This document shows positions 28,295 through 37,920 of a stretch of 64,000 bases of DNA, in pieces. The notes beneath the pieces are model-generated. The model was not told where the DNA came from. It searched no databases and worked only from the letters and a program-made list of their open reading frames with translations. Each line of letters starts with the position of its first letter. Positions within the stretch are counted from its first letter, which is position 1. This stretch comes from Bacteroidota bacterium (GTDB taxonomy: Bacteria > Bacteroidota > Bacteroidia > Chitinophagales > Chitinophagaceae), in the NCBI GenBank assembly GCA_030706635.1, contig JAUZOD010000012.1:15477-79476 (forward strand), written 5' to 3'. A program made the position numbers and the translations under genes.

Positions 28295-30016
28295 TTAATT
28301 TCTTCCTTTTTGCAGTGTGGATTTTAGAATCTCTTTTTTCTTCGGATCCGACATAATGGACGCTAGTTTCACGGCACCATAAGCATTGATGATGCCTCCG
28401 GATTCACTGAGGCTGGAGAAATTCACCATTTCATTTTCCGATCCGGGTTTTTTTGCTTTCGCTGCCGGAACGGATACGGATTTTTCAATGCAATATTTAA
28501 CATCGGCGGGAGACAGGTTGGGAAAGTATTCCAGAATCAGGGCAGCCACACCCGTTACTACGGGAGCCGCCATACTGGTACCGTCCAGGTTTCCGTATTT
28601 GTTTACCCCTTTTTCTCTGGGAAGCGTTGAGTAAATGCGCGCGCCGGGTGCAAACACATCTACCTCTTTCTTGCCATAATTTGAGAAGGAAGCCGTGTAA
28701 CTTCCGAATCCTTCTTCGGCCCGGGGATCACTGCTGGCGCCTACCGTGATCCAGTTGTTTGCCCTTTCTTTGGAATCCTTAAAGTCGGGATTTGGAAAAT
28801 TGTCGGCCGTGTCCACATCCGCCGCATCGTTGCCTGCTGCATGGATCAGCAACACGCCTCTGGACTCTGCATATTTTACAGCATCATCAACCCATGACTT
28901 TTCCGGCGATAAGTTCTTGCCGAAACTCATGTTTACCACTTTGGCGCCATTGTCCACAGCGTACCGGATGGCGAGCGCAATATCCTTATCGTGTTCGTCT
29001 CCGTTAGGAACTGCCCGGATCATCATAATCCTTACATTGTCGGCGATGCCGTTCATGCCCTTGCCGTTATTTCTTTCTGCACCAATAATGCCGGACACAT
29101 GGGTGCCATGCATCGGATCAGAGGCCATCACATCGTTGTTTCCGTACAGGCTATCATTAATATCGTTCTCGTTATCTTTTACAATTTCCGCTCTGTAATC
29201 TTTCGGCGGGGTTTCCCGGATCTCCATTTTCTTTTCTTCCCGGTCTCCCTGTTCTTTGAAATCACTGATAAAGTTGGTGTTGGTCATGTCCATGATATGG
29301 TTCTCCTTAAAAAAGTACAACAGCACGGATTTTGCGGTTTTGGCATCAATTTCATTCGTCTGGAAGCTATCGAGGTCGTTGCCGTTATACTCGGATTTGC
29401 CCATGGCTTTCTGCAGTATGCTATCGCTTTTGATGCAGGCGCTCAGTACTCTTTTCAACATCATCAGATCGGCGCCGCTTTCCGGGCCATCTCCCATGAT
29501 CTTCTTTTTTGCTTTTACCCACATATCATAATGATCGCGGTCTTCGGCCTTCAGGCTGTCTGGCTGTATATCCTTATTATCGAACTGCTCTTTATATTGA
29601 TAATAAACCCTGCCTTCTTCCTGTGAATCGTCTTTTACATTGCTGCCGTCTTTACCGCCAATGAAGTTCCAGCCGTGCACGTCATCCACATAACCATTAT
29701 GATCATCATCGATGCCGTTGCCCGGGATCTCTCCCGGATTCACCCAAAGGATATGGGAAAGGTCTTCCTGCAAGGTATCCACGCCCGAATCGATCACGGC
29801 GACCACTACCGATTTGCTTTTTATGTTTTTTGAGTGAAGGAACTCGTAAGCTTTTTCCAGGCTGATGCCATACACACCATCTTTCTCTTTATCCAGAAGG
29901 TGCCAGCCTTTCACCAATTCTGTTTTGGAGGAAGTACCCTGCGCTAAGGAGGTAAGGCAAATCGTCAACAGAAACAAACTCAGCAATGCCGGTTTCAAGC
30001 GGATCTTTCGGATCAT
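28295..30016 (-). CDS. S8 family (subtilisin-like) serine peptidase with large insert between Asp and His
   Basis: It has a signal peptide. The catalytic motifs are VAVIDSGVD, HGTHVSG and GTSMAAPVVTG. Confidence 0.9.
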   Translation of the reverse strand: MIRKIRLKPALLSLFLLTICLTSLAQGTSSKTELVKGWHLLDKEKDGVYGISLEKAYEFLHSKNIKSKSVVVAVIDSGVDTLQEDLSHILWVNPGEIPGNGIDDDHNGYVDDVHGWNFIGGKDGSNVKDDSQEEGRVYYQYKEQFDNKDIQPDSLKAEDRDHYDMWVKAKKKIMGDGPESGADLMMLKRVLSACIKSDSILQKAMGKSEYNGNDLDSFQTNEIDAKTAKSVLLYFFKENHIMDMTNTNFISDFKEQGDREEKKMEIRETPPKDYRAEIVKDNENDINDSLYGNNDVMASDPMHGTHVSGIIGAERNNGKGMNGIADNVRIMMIRAVPNGDEHDKDIALAIRYAVDNGAKVVNMSFGKNLSPEKSWVDDAVKYAESRGVLLIHAAGNDAADVDTADNFPNPDFKDSKERANNWITVGASSDPRAEEGFGSYTASFSNYGKKEVDVFAPGARIYSTLPREKGVNKYGNLDGTSMAAPVVTGVAALILEYFPNLSPADVKYCIEKSVSVPAAKAKKPGSENEMVNFSSLSESGGIINAYGAVKLASIMSDPKKKEILKSTLQKGRN

Positions 30017-30119
30017 TTTCGTTTAGGTTTATGTAAGACTGGTAAAAGTATTTTAAAGCATTTCAGCACGCAAACTCCAACCCATATTTTATATGAATGG
30101 TAACACTTTATTCGCCACT

Positions 30120-31592
30120 TTAACTGTTTTTAACATGCAGCCGGAATACCACGCGTCTGTTCTCCGATTTCCCCTGCTTGGTCCTATTGTCCCCAGCCGG
30201 CTGTGTATCCCCAAGCCCTTCCACCGAAATTCGTTCTTCCGTTACACCCAGTTTCTGCAGGGTTTTTTTGACCTCCATCGCCCGCTTCAGGGAAAGCTTC
30301 CGGTTATATTCTGGATTGCCGGTATTATCGGTATGACCTTCAATCGTCAATTCAAGATCCGGATTTGCCCTCAGGGTATCTGCCAATTCCTGCAGAGCGG
30401 GCAGGGAGTTGGTGGTGAGTCTGCTGCTGTTGCTGCGGAACCGTACGTTGCGGGCGGTGAAAAGGACTCTTTTCGCCAGCTCTTTTTTTATTACCATTAC
30501 GGGACAGCCTTTATTTTCAACAGGTCCGGGCTGCGTAGGGCATTGATCTGCCTCATCATTAACACCATCCCCGTCTGAATCCGGAATGGGACAACCATGA
30601 TATTTAACCGTTCCTGCTATGGTTTTGCATGAATCTTCCTCGTCATTTACGCCATCCCCATCCGTATCCGGAATGGGACACCCATGGTACCTGGCAAGAC
30701 CAGCGATGGTTTTACAGGAGTCCTCCTCATCATTTACTCCGTCGTGATCAGTATCGGGAATAGGACATCCGTGATATTTAGGAATGCCTGCTACCATCTT
30801 GCAGGAATCATCTTTATCTGCGGTACCATCGTGATCATTGTCTGTATTCACCGGCGGGGCAGGTTTGGATTTGGTAAGCCAAATGCCCAGTGATGCGCCA
30901 ATGAGCTGCTGATGAAAAGTGGATGAATAAATTGCCTGGTATGCATTGGAAAGCCCTCTGCTGTAGTAAGCGCCCAGCATTACATTGCCCAGTTCGAAAC
31001 CCGCTTTTATATTGATGCCGGCATCCAGTGTTTTATATTTTCCGATGCCATTGCCTACCGGCAGGTCCAGCGTTCCGGAATTAAATGTGTACTGATCGTC
31101 GTTATAATATTTTACCCTGTTCTGATATGGTTGGGAAGCGCTGTAGATAAAAGCAAAATAGGGACCTGCACTCAAAAAGAAATAATTCCGCTGTTTTGCG
31201 GAAAGCGGAAATTTGTAGGTAAGATAGAGAGGAATCTCAACATAATTTAGTTTCAGCGTGTGCTGGTCGTAGAGCGTATCCGACTTCACCAGGCTGGTAT
31301 CGTAAAATCGTTCGTACTGGTTTCCTTTGGCGCTGAAATCAATACCCGGCTGAAAAAAAAAATTCTTTTGTCCCAGGGGAATCTCCGCCAGTACGCCCAG
31401 TTGAAAGCCCGTCTTGGGTGAAAAGTATTTGCCCCATGTATTCTCAAAACCGGGAATGGAATTGGTTTCCAGTAAATTGGAAGAATGTACGCCTCCTACA
31501 GCCGCCAGCCTGACCTGGGCCGGTAAGGAAATAAACAAAAGGACAGTGGAAAAAAGGAATAAAGTCCGGCTGATTATCCGCGTAAAATTCAT
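30120..31592 (-). CDS. OmpA family outer-membrane protein with thrombospondin type-3-like repeats
   Basis: It has an N-terminal beta-barrel region and 3-4 tandem Asp-rich repeats of about 33 aa (CPIPDTD.DGVNDEEDSCKTIAG..(R/K)YHG, DNA about 30560-30860). A C-terminal OmpA domain follows (GHTDNTGNPEYNRKLSLKRA...NRRVVF). Confidence 0.9.
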   Translation of the reverse strand: MNFTRIISRTLFLFSTVLLFISLPAQVRLAAVGGVHSSNLLETNSIPGFENTWGKYFSPKTGFQLGVLAEIPLGQKNFFFQPGIDFSAKGNQYERFYDTSLVKSDTLYDQHTLKLNYVEIPLYLTYKFPLSAKQRNYFFLSAGPYFAFIYSASQPYQNRVKYYNDDQYTFNSGTLDLPVGNGIGKYKTLDAGINIKAGFELGNVMLGAYYSRGLSNAYQAIYSSTFHQQLIGASLGIWLTKSKPAPPVNTDNDHDGTADKDDSCKMVAGIPKYHGCPIPDTDHDGVNDEEDSCKTIAGLARYHGCPIPDTDGDGVNDEEDSCKTIAGTVKYHGCPIPDSDGDGVNDEADQCPTQPGPVENKGCPVMVIKKELAKRVLFTARNVRFRSNSSRLTTNSLPALQELADTLRANPDLELTIEGHTDNTGNPEYNRKLSLKRAMEVKKTLQKLGVTEERISVEGLGDTQPAGDNRTKQGKSENRRVVFRLHVKNS

Positions 31593-31654
31593 TTCATATC
31601 GATATTCTCTATTAACGAATGGATAATCATTATATTATAATTCCCGGTGGGTTC

Positions 31655-31769
31655 GTTAACCTGTTTCGTTGATGGTTCATAGTTGAGGGTTGATGGACTT
31701 TTATTGCGAACCCGCACCAGAAATCCATCAACCATCAACTATGAACCATCAACCCCTATAAAGGTTAAC
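31655..31769. repeat. array palindrome, class II (GTTGAYG heptamer arms, conserved apex), copy 1
   Basis: Arms 31668-31696 and 31725-31753 are complementary at 28 of 29 positions. An outer 8-bp helix pairs 31655-31662 with 31762-31769. The apex starts ACTTTT and has a mini-hairpin tgcg-aacc-cgca at 31705-31716. Confidence 0.85.
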
Positions 31770-33292
31770 TATAAATCAAACCTAATCCCCTGTGCCAGCG
31801 GCAATTGCGTAGAATAGTTGATCGTATTGGTCTGTCGGCGCATATAGGATTTCCAGGCGTCACTTCCGCTTTCCCTGCCGCCGCCGGTTTCCTTCTCACC
31901 ACCGAAGGCTCCGCCGATTTCGGCGCCTGAAGTGCCGATATTCACGTTGGCTATGCCGCAGTCGCTGCCGGTGGCAGATAAAAACAACTCGGCTTCCCGC
32001 AGATCAAGGGTCATAATGGAAGAAGAAAGGCCCTGGGGAACTTCATTCTGGATCTTAATGGCTTCTGCAATCTCTTTATATTTCAGCAAATAGAGGATCG
32101 GGGCGAAGGTTTCTGTTTGTACTGTTTTAAATCCGGGGCGGGCCTCCGCGATGCAGGGTTTCACGTAACAGCCGCTTTCATAACCGTTGCCGGATAATAC
32201 GGCACCCTCCACAATGAATTTTCCGCCTTCCAGTTTGCATGTTTCAATGGCTTTCAGATAGAGTTCGGTGGCTGCCCGGTCAATCAGCGGCCCGACGTGA
32301 TTCTTTTCATCCAGTGGATCGCCGATGCGGAGCTGCCGGTAGGCTGCTACCAGCTTGCTTTTCACTTCTTCGTAAACATTCTCCTGAATGATCAGCCGGC
32401 GCGTACTGGTGCATCTTTGTCCCGCAGTACCCACTGCCCCGAATAAAGCGCCCAGGATGGCAATATTCAGGTCGGCATGTTCACTGATGATGATGGCATT
32501 GTTGCCACCGAGCTCAAGCAGGGATTTGCCCATACGGGCGGCCACCTGCGCCCCTAGTTCCTTCCCCATGCGGGTAGAACCCGTTGCGGAGATCAGGACT
32601 ATCCGGGCATCCGAGCCCATCCACTGCCCGGCCTCCCGATCGCCGGTAATCAGACAACTGACGCCCTCGGGCACCTCATTTTTTTTAAAGATGGCCGAGA
32701 CGATGTGCTGACAGGCTATGGCGCAAAGCGGTGTTTTTTCAGATCCTTTCCAAATGCAGACGTTCCCGCAAACCCAGGCCAGCATGCTGTTCCAGCTCCA
32801 TACGGCAACAGGGAAGTTAAAGGCTGAAATGATACCGACCACACCGAGCGGATGCCATTGTTCATACATGCGGTGCAGGGGCCGTTCGCTATGCATCGTA
32901 AAGCCATGAAGTTGCCGGGACAGACCAACAGCAAAATCACAGATATCGATCATCTCCTGTACTTCGCCGAGTCCTTCCTGCAGGCTTTTCCCCATCTCAT
33001 AAGAAACCAGGCGGCCGAGGGCAGGTTTTTTTTCTCTCAGGGCTTCCCCAATTTGCCGGATCACGTCACCCCTTTTGGGAGCAGGCCAGGTTCTCCAGAT
33101 GGCAAACGCTTTTCCGGCGCTCTCCACTACATCATCATAGGCTGCTCTGCTGGTCAGGTTAACCGCCGCAATCCGCTTTCCATCCACCGGGGAAAAGGAT
33201 TCGAGGATATTTCCGGATTCGTTCCGCCATTCGCTGCCCGTTGATGTTCCGCTATTTGTGGAAAGTACATTGAGCTGTTTGAGAAAGTCCAT
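31769..33292 (-). CDS. aldehyde dehydrogenase family protein (ALDH7 / piperideine-6-carboxylate dehydrogenase-like)
   Basis: I take the start at MDFLKQLNV; the track ORF extends to 33313. Catalytic motifs are LELGGNNAIII and AGQRCTSTRR. Confidence 0.85.
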   Translation of the reverse strand: MDFLKQLNVLSTNSGTSTGSEWRNESGNILESFSPVDGKRIAAVNLTSRAAYDDVVESAGKAFAIWRTWPAPKRGDVIRQIGEALREKKPALGRLVSYEMGKSLQEGLGEVQEMIDICDFAVGLSRQLHGFTMHSERPLHRMYEQWHPLGVVGIISAFNFPVAVWSWNSMLAWVCGNVCIWKGSEKTPLCAIACQHIVSAIFKKNEVPEGVSCLITGDREAGQWMGSDARIVLISATGSTRMGKELGAQVAARMGKSLLELGGNNAIIISEHADLNIAILGALFGAVGTAGQRCTSTRRLIIQENVYEEVKSKLVAAYRQLRIGDPLDEKNHVGPLIDRAATELYLKAIETCKLEGGKFIVEGAVLSGNGYESGCYVKPCIAEARPGFKTVQTETFAPILYLLKYKEIAEAIKIQNEVPQGLSSSIMTLDLREAELFLSATGSDCGIANVNIGTSGAEIGGAFGGEKETGGGRESGSDAWKSYMRRQTNTINYSTQLPLAQGIRFDL

Positions 33293-33342
33293 GGGATTTG
33301 CTTGAACCCGCAAGTTATTAAATAGCCTTAAAGGGATAAAAC

Positions 33343-34041
33343 CTATTGCAGCCTTTGCTCCATTGCCGTAAAAAAGCTTTCGCTATAACTGATGCCTATC
33401 GGTATGTCTTTTTCGCCAATGCGGATCTTGCTTTTGCTGATATGGTCAATTCGGCTTGCCGGAACAATGTAAGACCGGTGAACGCGCAGAAATTCCTTGG
33501 ATGGCAGTTTCTGGGTGATTGTTTTGAGCGTCATCAGGGTGAGTACGGCTCTTTGCGGAAGATAGATCTTGATGTAGTCATCCAGCCCTTCGATATAAAT
33601 AATATCCTTCAGAAAAATCTTTACCATCTGGTAATCGGACTTTACAAAAATGTAACCCTGATGAAGTTCCTGGCTATTGAGATAGTCCACATATTCTTTA
33701 GCCTTGAATACCGATTTCAGAAAACGGTCGTATTCAATCGGTTTCAACAGATAATCCACGGCATCCACATTAAATCCTTCTATGGCATATTCGCTGAAAG
33801 CTGTTGTGAAAATAACTGCAGTATGCTTAAGCTGTAAGGATTTTGAAAATTCAATGCCGTTGATATCAGGCATTTGAATGTCGAGAAAAATAATATCAAC
33901 GGCTCCGGACTCCAGGAATTTGCGGGCTTCTTCCGCATCGGTAAATAACCCTTTGCATTCCAGGAAATAAATTTTTTCGATGTATTTTTTCAATACCTGC
34001 AGGGCCAGGGGTTCGTCATCTAGTGCAATGCAAGTGAGCAT
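33343..34041 (-). CDS. LytR/AlgR family response regulator (REC + LytTR)
   Basis: REC domain (DIIFLDIQMPDINGIEF). The LytTR C-terminus contains FLRVHRSYIV. Confidence 0.9.
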   Translation of the reverse strand: MLTCIALDDEPLALQVLKKYIEKIYFLECKGLFTDAEEARKFLESGAVDIIFLDIQMPDINGIEFSKSLQLKHTAVIFTTAFSEYAIEGFNVDAVDYLLKPIEYDRFLKSVFKAKEYVDYLNSQELHQGYIFVKSDYQMVKIFLKDIIYIEGLDDYIKIYLPQRAVLTLMTLKTITQKLPSKEFLRVHRSYIVPASRIDHISKSKIRIGEKDIPIGISYSESFFTAMEQRLQ

Positions 34042-35156
34042 CAGGATTGAATATTTAGGTTAATGGTGTAGGTAAAGGGTTCGTCCTTTATATCCAGTTC
34101 ATACTTGCCCGGATAAAGCAGTTCGAGCCTTCGCCGCGTATTGTTGATGCCAATCCCGGTCTTGATCAGGTTGGTTTTTCCATGGTTGTGTTTATGGTTT
34201 ACAATCCTGAAATGAATATGGCTTTCATGAGACTCGATCAGGATATTGATGGGCGACAATTCCCGGGTGCTCACACCGTATTTAAATGCGTTTTCGGTGA
34301 AAGGAAGCAGGATGAGTGGAGAGATCTTTTTTCCGGATACGTCCCCGATCACCGTGAACCCGACCGATGTTTTGTCCGTGTTGCGGATCTTCTGCAGTTC
34401 AATATAGTCGTTGATGAACTGCATCTCCTTTTCCAGTGGAACGCTATCCTGCCTGGCCTCCGTAAGCACATACCGCATGATATTGGATAATTTCATAACG
34501 GCCACCGGAGTAAGATCCGATTTGCTTTCTGCCAGCGAATAAATATTGTTGAGGGTATTGAAAAGAAAATGCGGATTGATCTGGGACTTCAGAAAAGAGA
34601 GTTCGGCATGCAGCTTCTCATTTTCTATCTGTTTGTTACGGCGTTCGGAATTCAGCCATTTCTGCATCACTTTAACTCCCGTGCTAAATAGAAAAACCAG
34701 CAGGAAAATGGCAATGGACCCCGGCGAAAGAATGGGTGGATGGAATTCCCGGGGGGAATGCATCCGCATCGTGATGGAAGTGGAGAAACGCTGGAAATGA
34801 CCGAACCAGGATTGATAAAGGCGGGGCATGATCCCAAAGAATATCATGATGCCGATGATGAGCAGATAGTAGGTCAGGATTTTGTTCCTTTCCAGCAGTT
34901 TGGGAAAGAGCAGATAAGTATTGAAATAATAAAATCCGATGAAAAAGAAGTTGCTGATAAAGAAATAAGGCGTTACAGCCTGTTCCGGAATGAATGAGGC
35001 ATCCACGGGTCTGGGGTAAAAGATCAGGGGAAGCATCAGGAAACAGCCCCAGGCAGCAATATGAACTATGATCTGGGCAGCTTTTTTATTCAAAGAAAAA
35101 ATCTTTAGTTTAGAAAAACGCGTTTTTATTTCCTGGTATAATGACTGACTGGTCAA
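34041..35156 (-). CDS. LytS/YehU-type sensor histidine kinase
   Basis: It has a multi-TM N-terminus and the PF06580-type motif QINPHFLFNTLNNIYSLA. It overlaps the regulator gene by 1 nt. The start is uncertain: the track uses TTG at 35154-35156, and an in-frame TTG at 35091-35093 (MNKKAAQIIVHIAAWG) is an alternative. Confidence 0.8.
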   Translation of the reverse strand: MTSQSLYQEIKTRFSKLKIFSLNKKAAQIIVHIAAWGCFLMLPLIFYPRPVDASFIPEQAVTPYFFISNFFFIGFYYFNTYLLFPKLLERNKILTYYLLIIGIMIFFGIMPRLYQSWFGHFQRFSTSITMRMHSPREFHPPILSPGSIAIFLLVFLFSTGVKVMQKWLNSERRNKQIENEKLHAELSFLKSQINPHFLFNTLNNIYSLAESKSDLTPVAVMKLSNIMRYVLTEARQDSVPLEKEMQFINDYIELQKIRNTDKTSVGFTVIGDVSGKKISPLILLPFTENAFKYGVSTRELSPINILIESHESHIHFRIVNHKHNHGKTNLIKTGIGINNTRRRLELLYPGKYELDIKDEPFTYTINLNIQS

Positions 35157-35161
35157 AACTA
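35154..35161 (-). promoter_or_regulatory. putative -7 box for the kinase/regulator operon
   Basis: Minus strand TAGTTTTG. It overlaps the TTG start proposed by the track. Confidence 0.3.
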
Positions 35162-35583
35162 AAGTTGTTTTTGAAGTTGATAAAGTTAAAGACCGGTTAC
35201 CCCGATCAATTTTGCCGACTAATAGACGAATAAGGGTTTAAAACCGGTGAATGATCCTTTGTAAATTAGAACAAAAACACCAGGGTTCATCTCCGGGCAT
35301 TTCGCCGGGTGATGATTTTCGCACGAATGCTCATTTCGGGAGGGTCATTGATAATCAGTGCAAAACTGGGGTCGGACTCCGGGCGATCGCATTTTCCGAA
35401 ATTATTTAGCTCAAAAGCTATGCGGTCTCGTATTTTATTTTATTCTTTGTGAACCCGATCTGTATCCCCTGATTTGCCTGTTGCCGCAGGTTTTTTTTAT
35501 TTGTGTCAATCCCGAAATCCGGTATCAATCAAGTTCCATTCATCCGAGAACAGCCCTTTTAAACACTTGATTAATATCGTACC

Positions 35584-36108
35584 ATGAACCCCTTAGTCCG
35601 CATTTTTTTTGCCTTGTTATTTCTATGTCTTTCTGCCGTAAATGGTTTTGCCGGGAACGGCTCCGTTAAGCCCTTTAATTACCTTAAGGATTTCAGAAAT
35701 AGCAAAGAATTGATCCATACCGTAGATTCTTTTCTTTCCATTTCACTCGTGGTCTCAAATACAACGGGTGGCAATCAGACGGAAACAGCGTCTAGACCAT
35801 CGGAAGCGGTTTCTTCACAGGGTCGCATCTGTTCCTGCCAGATACTCAACCTGGCTTCTGCCAATTATAATCACCGCCATGTCGCGCTGCTGGCAGAAAA
35901 AACAAATCATGGCGCTTCATCCGATTTCAGTGCGGCAAAAAACAGGATTGAAAAAGAAAAAAAGGAGCTGAAGAGGATGTTCTACGATGAGGTAAAAGTG
36001 GTTTCAACGGTTGCGGCGCTGGGGAGTTGCCACGCTTTGTATGTTCATCTGAAAAATGACGACAGAGATCTGCAGGTATATGAAATCCTGAATGCGGATA
36101 TCCGGTAA
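35584..36108 (+). CDS. hypothetical secreted protein
   Basis: 174 aa. There is a clear signal peptide (MNPLVRIFFALLFLCLSAVNGFAG). No recognisable domain. Confidence 0.55.
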   Translation: MNPLVRIFFALLFLCLSAVNGFAGNGSVKPFNYLKDFRNSKELIHTVDSFLSISLVVSNTTGGNQTETASRPSEAVSSQGRICSCQILNLASANYNHRHVALLAEKTNHGASSDFSAAKNRIEKEKKELKRMFYDEVKVVSTVAALGSCHALYVHLKNDDRDLQVYEILNADIR

Positions 36109-36116
36109 AAGTCCTT

Positions 36117-36920
36117 TTAATATTGTTCGTGTTCGCTGGGAAAGTCGTTGGACTTCACGTCCGCGATATAATGCTCCACCGCTGCAGTAATCGGTTCATG
36201 CAAATTCAGGTATTGTCTCAGGAATCTGGGTTTGAATTCGGTGTTGATACCCAGGAGATCATGCATTACCAGTACCTGTCCGTCGCAATATTTTCCGGCG
36301 CCTATGCCGATAACGGGAATGCTGAGGTTCTCCGCCACTTCTTTGGCCAGCAGGGCGGGTATTTTTTCCAGTACAATCGCGAAACATCCGGCTTCTTCGA
36401 GCATTTTCGCATCTGATTTCAATTTTGCCGCTTCCGTTTCTTCCTTAGCCCTTACACTGTACGTTCCGAACTTATATATGGACTGGGGTGTAAGTCCGAG
36501 GTGTCCCATCACCGGCACACCGGCTGCCAATATCCTTTTTACTGACTCCATCACTTCTTCACCGCCTTCAAGTTTTACGCCATGGGCTCCGGTTTCTTTC
36601 ATGATGCGGACGGCCGATATAAGAGCTTCTTTGGAGTTGGACTGGTAAGATCCGAACGGAAGATCAACTACCACGAGGCATCGGCTAACTCCCCGGATAA
36701 CCGAGGAAGCGTGGTAGATCATCTGATCCAGCGTAATCGGCAGGGTGGTTTCATGTCCTGCCATCACATTGGAAGCCGAATCACCTACCAGGATTACATC
36801 TATCCCTGCCCTGTCGAACAGTTTGGCGAAGGAAAAATCATAAGCCGTGATCATCGAGATTTTTTCACCGGCAGCCTTCATGTTCTGCAGGATATGCGTC
36901 GTGATTTTTTTGGGGACCAT
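36117..36920 (-). CDS. panB: 3-methyl-2-oxobutanoate hydroxymethyltransferase
   Basis: Contains [48 protein letters not shown] take the start at MVPKKIT; the track ORF extends to 36959. Confidence 0.92.
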   Translation of the reverse strand: MVPKKITTHILQNMKAAGEKISMITAYDFSFAKLFDRAGIDVILVGDSASNVMAGHETTLPITLDQMIYHASSVIRGVSRCLVVVDLPFGSYQSNSKEALISAVRIMKETGAHGVKLEGGEEVMESVKRILAAGVPVMGHLGLTPQSIYKFGTYSVRAKEETEAAKLKSDAKMLEEAGCFAIVLEKIPALLAKEVAENLSIPVIGIGAGKYCDGQVLVMHDLLGINTEFKPRFLRQYLNLHEPITAAVEHYIADVKSNDFPSEHEQY

Positions 36921-36996
36921 CTGGTATCGGGTTGATTTTATAAAGATAATTCCATTCAATCTGAATGGGTGGAATTATTATGCTTCCGGTTCGATA

Positions 36997-37902
36997 TCAG
37001 ACGGCCGGCACCGAAGGGTTTAAAGCGCTTATTTCCCGGTAGAGCGCCTGGATTAGCCCGTCGGCCAGTCCGATTTTAGGAACGAATATTTCCTGGGCAT
37101 CAATCCATCGCATCACATTCACATAAATCTGGAGGGCCGGCACGATAACGTCGGCCCGGTCTTCTTTCAGGTTGTAAAGATGCATCCGTTCTGCAACGGA
37201 AAAACTATTCAGTTCCTTGTAATAATCCTTTAACAATTCCAGGGTTAGTGGTTTTCCGTCTTTGCGTTTTGAAAGCGAAAACACTTTATTGATGTTTCCG
37301 CCAGAGCCTATCGCTGTAAGGTGTTTAACCATGCCTTTTATTTCTTTTTTCAGAAAATCTTTCATCTGGTCCCAGTGTGCTTCCGTTACCTGGTTCTTGA
37401 TCAAACGGATGGTGCCGATATTGAATGATTTTTTAAACAGCAGCCGGTTGTCGGCAAAGCAGGTGAGTTCCGTACTTCCTCCCCCTACGTCAATATATAA
37501 ATAGGCATTTTCTTTATCCAGGTTTTCGGCAATGTGGTTTTCGTAAATAAAGGAAGCTTCATCATCGCCGCTGATCACTTCAATTTCAATACCTGTTTCT
37601 TTCCGAACAGTATCCAGGACCTCTGCACTGTTCCGTGCATCCCGCATTGCAGAGGTGGCCGCAGCTTTACAACGGACCACGCCATAGGCATCCATCAGGT
37701 ATTTAAAAGACCGTATGCAATTGAGAAACATGGCGGCCTTTCCTGCTGAGATTTCTTTTTGATCAAATACATCAAACCCAAGGCGGAGGGGCACCCTCAC
37801 CAGGTTTAATTTTTCAAAAACCGCTTTTTTATCATTTACCGTCACTTCCGTGATCAGCAGCCGCGCTGCATTACTTCCTATGTCTATGGCCGCCAGTATC
37901 AT
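36997..37902 (-). CDS. ppx: exopolyphosphatase (Ppx/GppA family)
   Basis: N-terminal AAIDIGSNAARLLI and DVGGGSTEL motifs. It lies immediately downstream of ppk1. Confidence 0.88.
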   Translation of the reverse strand: MILAAIDIGSNAARLLITEVTVNDKKAVFEKLNLVRVPLRLGFDVFDQKEISAGKAAMFLNCIRSFKYLMDAYGVVRCKAAATSAMRDARNSAEVLDTVRKETGIEIEVISGDDEASFIYENHIAENLDKENAYLYIDVGGGSTELTCFADNRLLFKKSFNIGTIRLIKNQVTEAHWDQMKDFLKKEIKGMVKHLTAIGSGGNINKVFSLSKRKDGKPLTLELLKDYYKELNSFSVAERMHLYNLKEDRADVIVPALQIYVNVMRWIDAQEIFVPKIGLADGLIQALYREISALNPSVPAV

Positions 37903-37920
37903 CAGTAAATTCGGATTTTA

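Noticed and set aside
35358-35570. 70-aa GTG-initiated ORF in the kinase / secreted-protein spacer
   Set aside because: It has no signal or domain features and is hydrophobic and Cys-rich low complexity. It ends just before a well-formed gene. It is more likely non-coding regulatory DNA.
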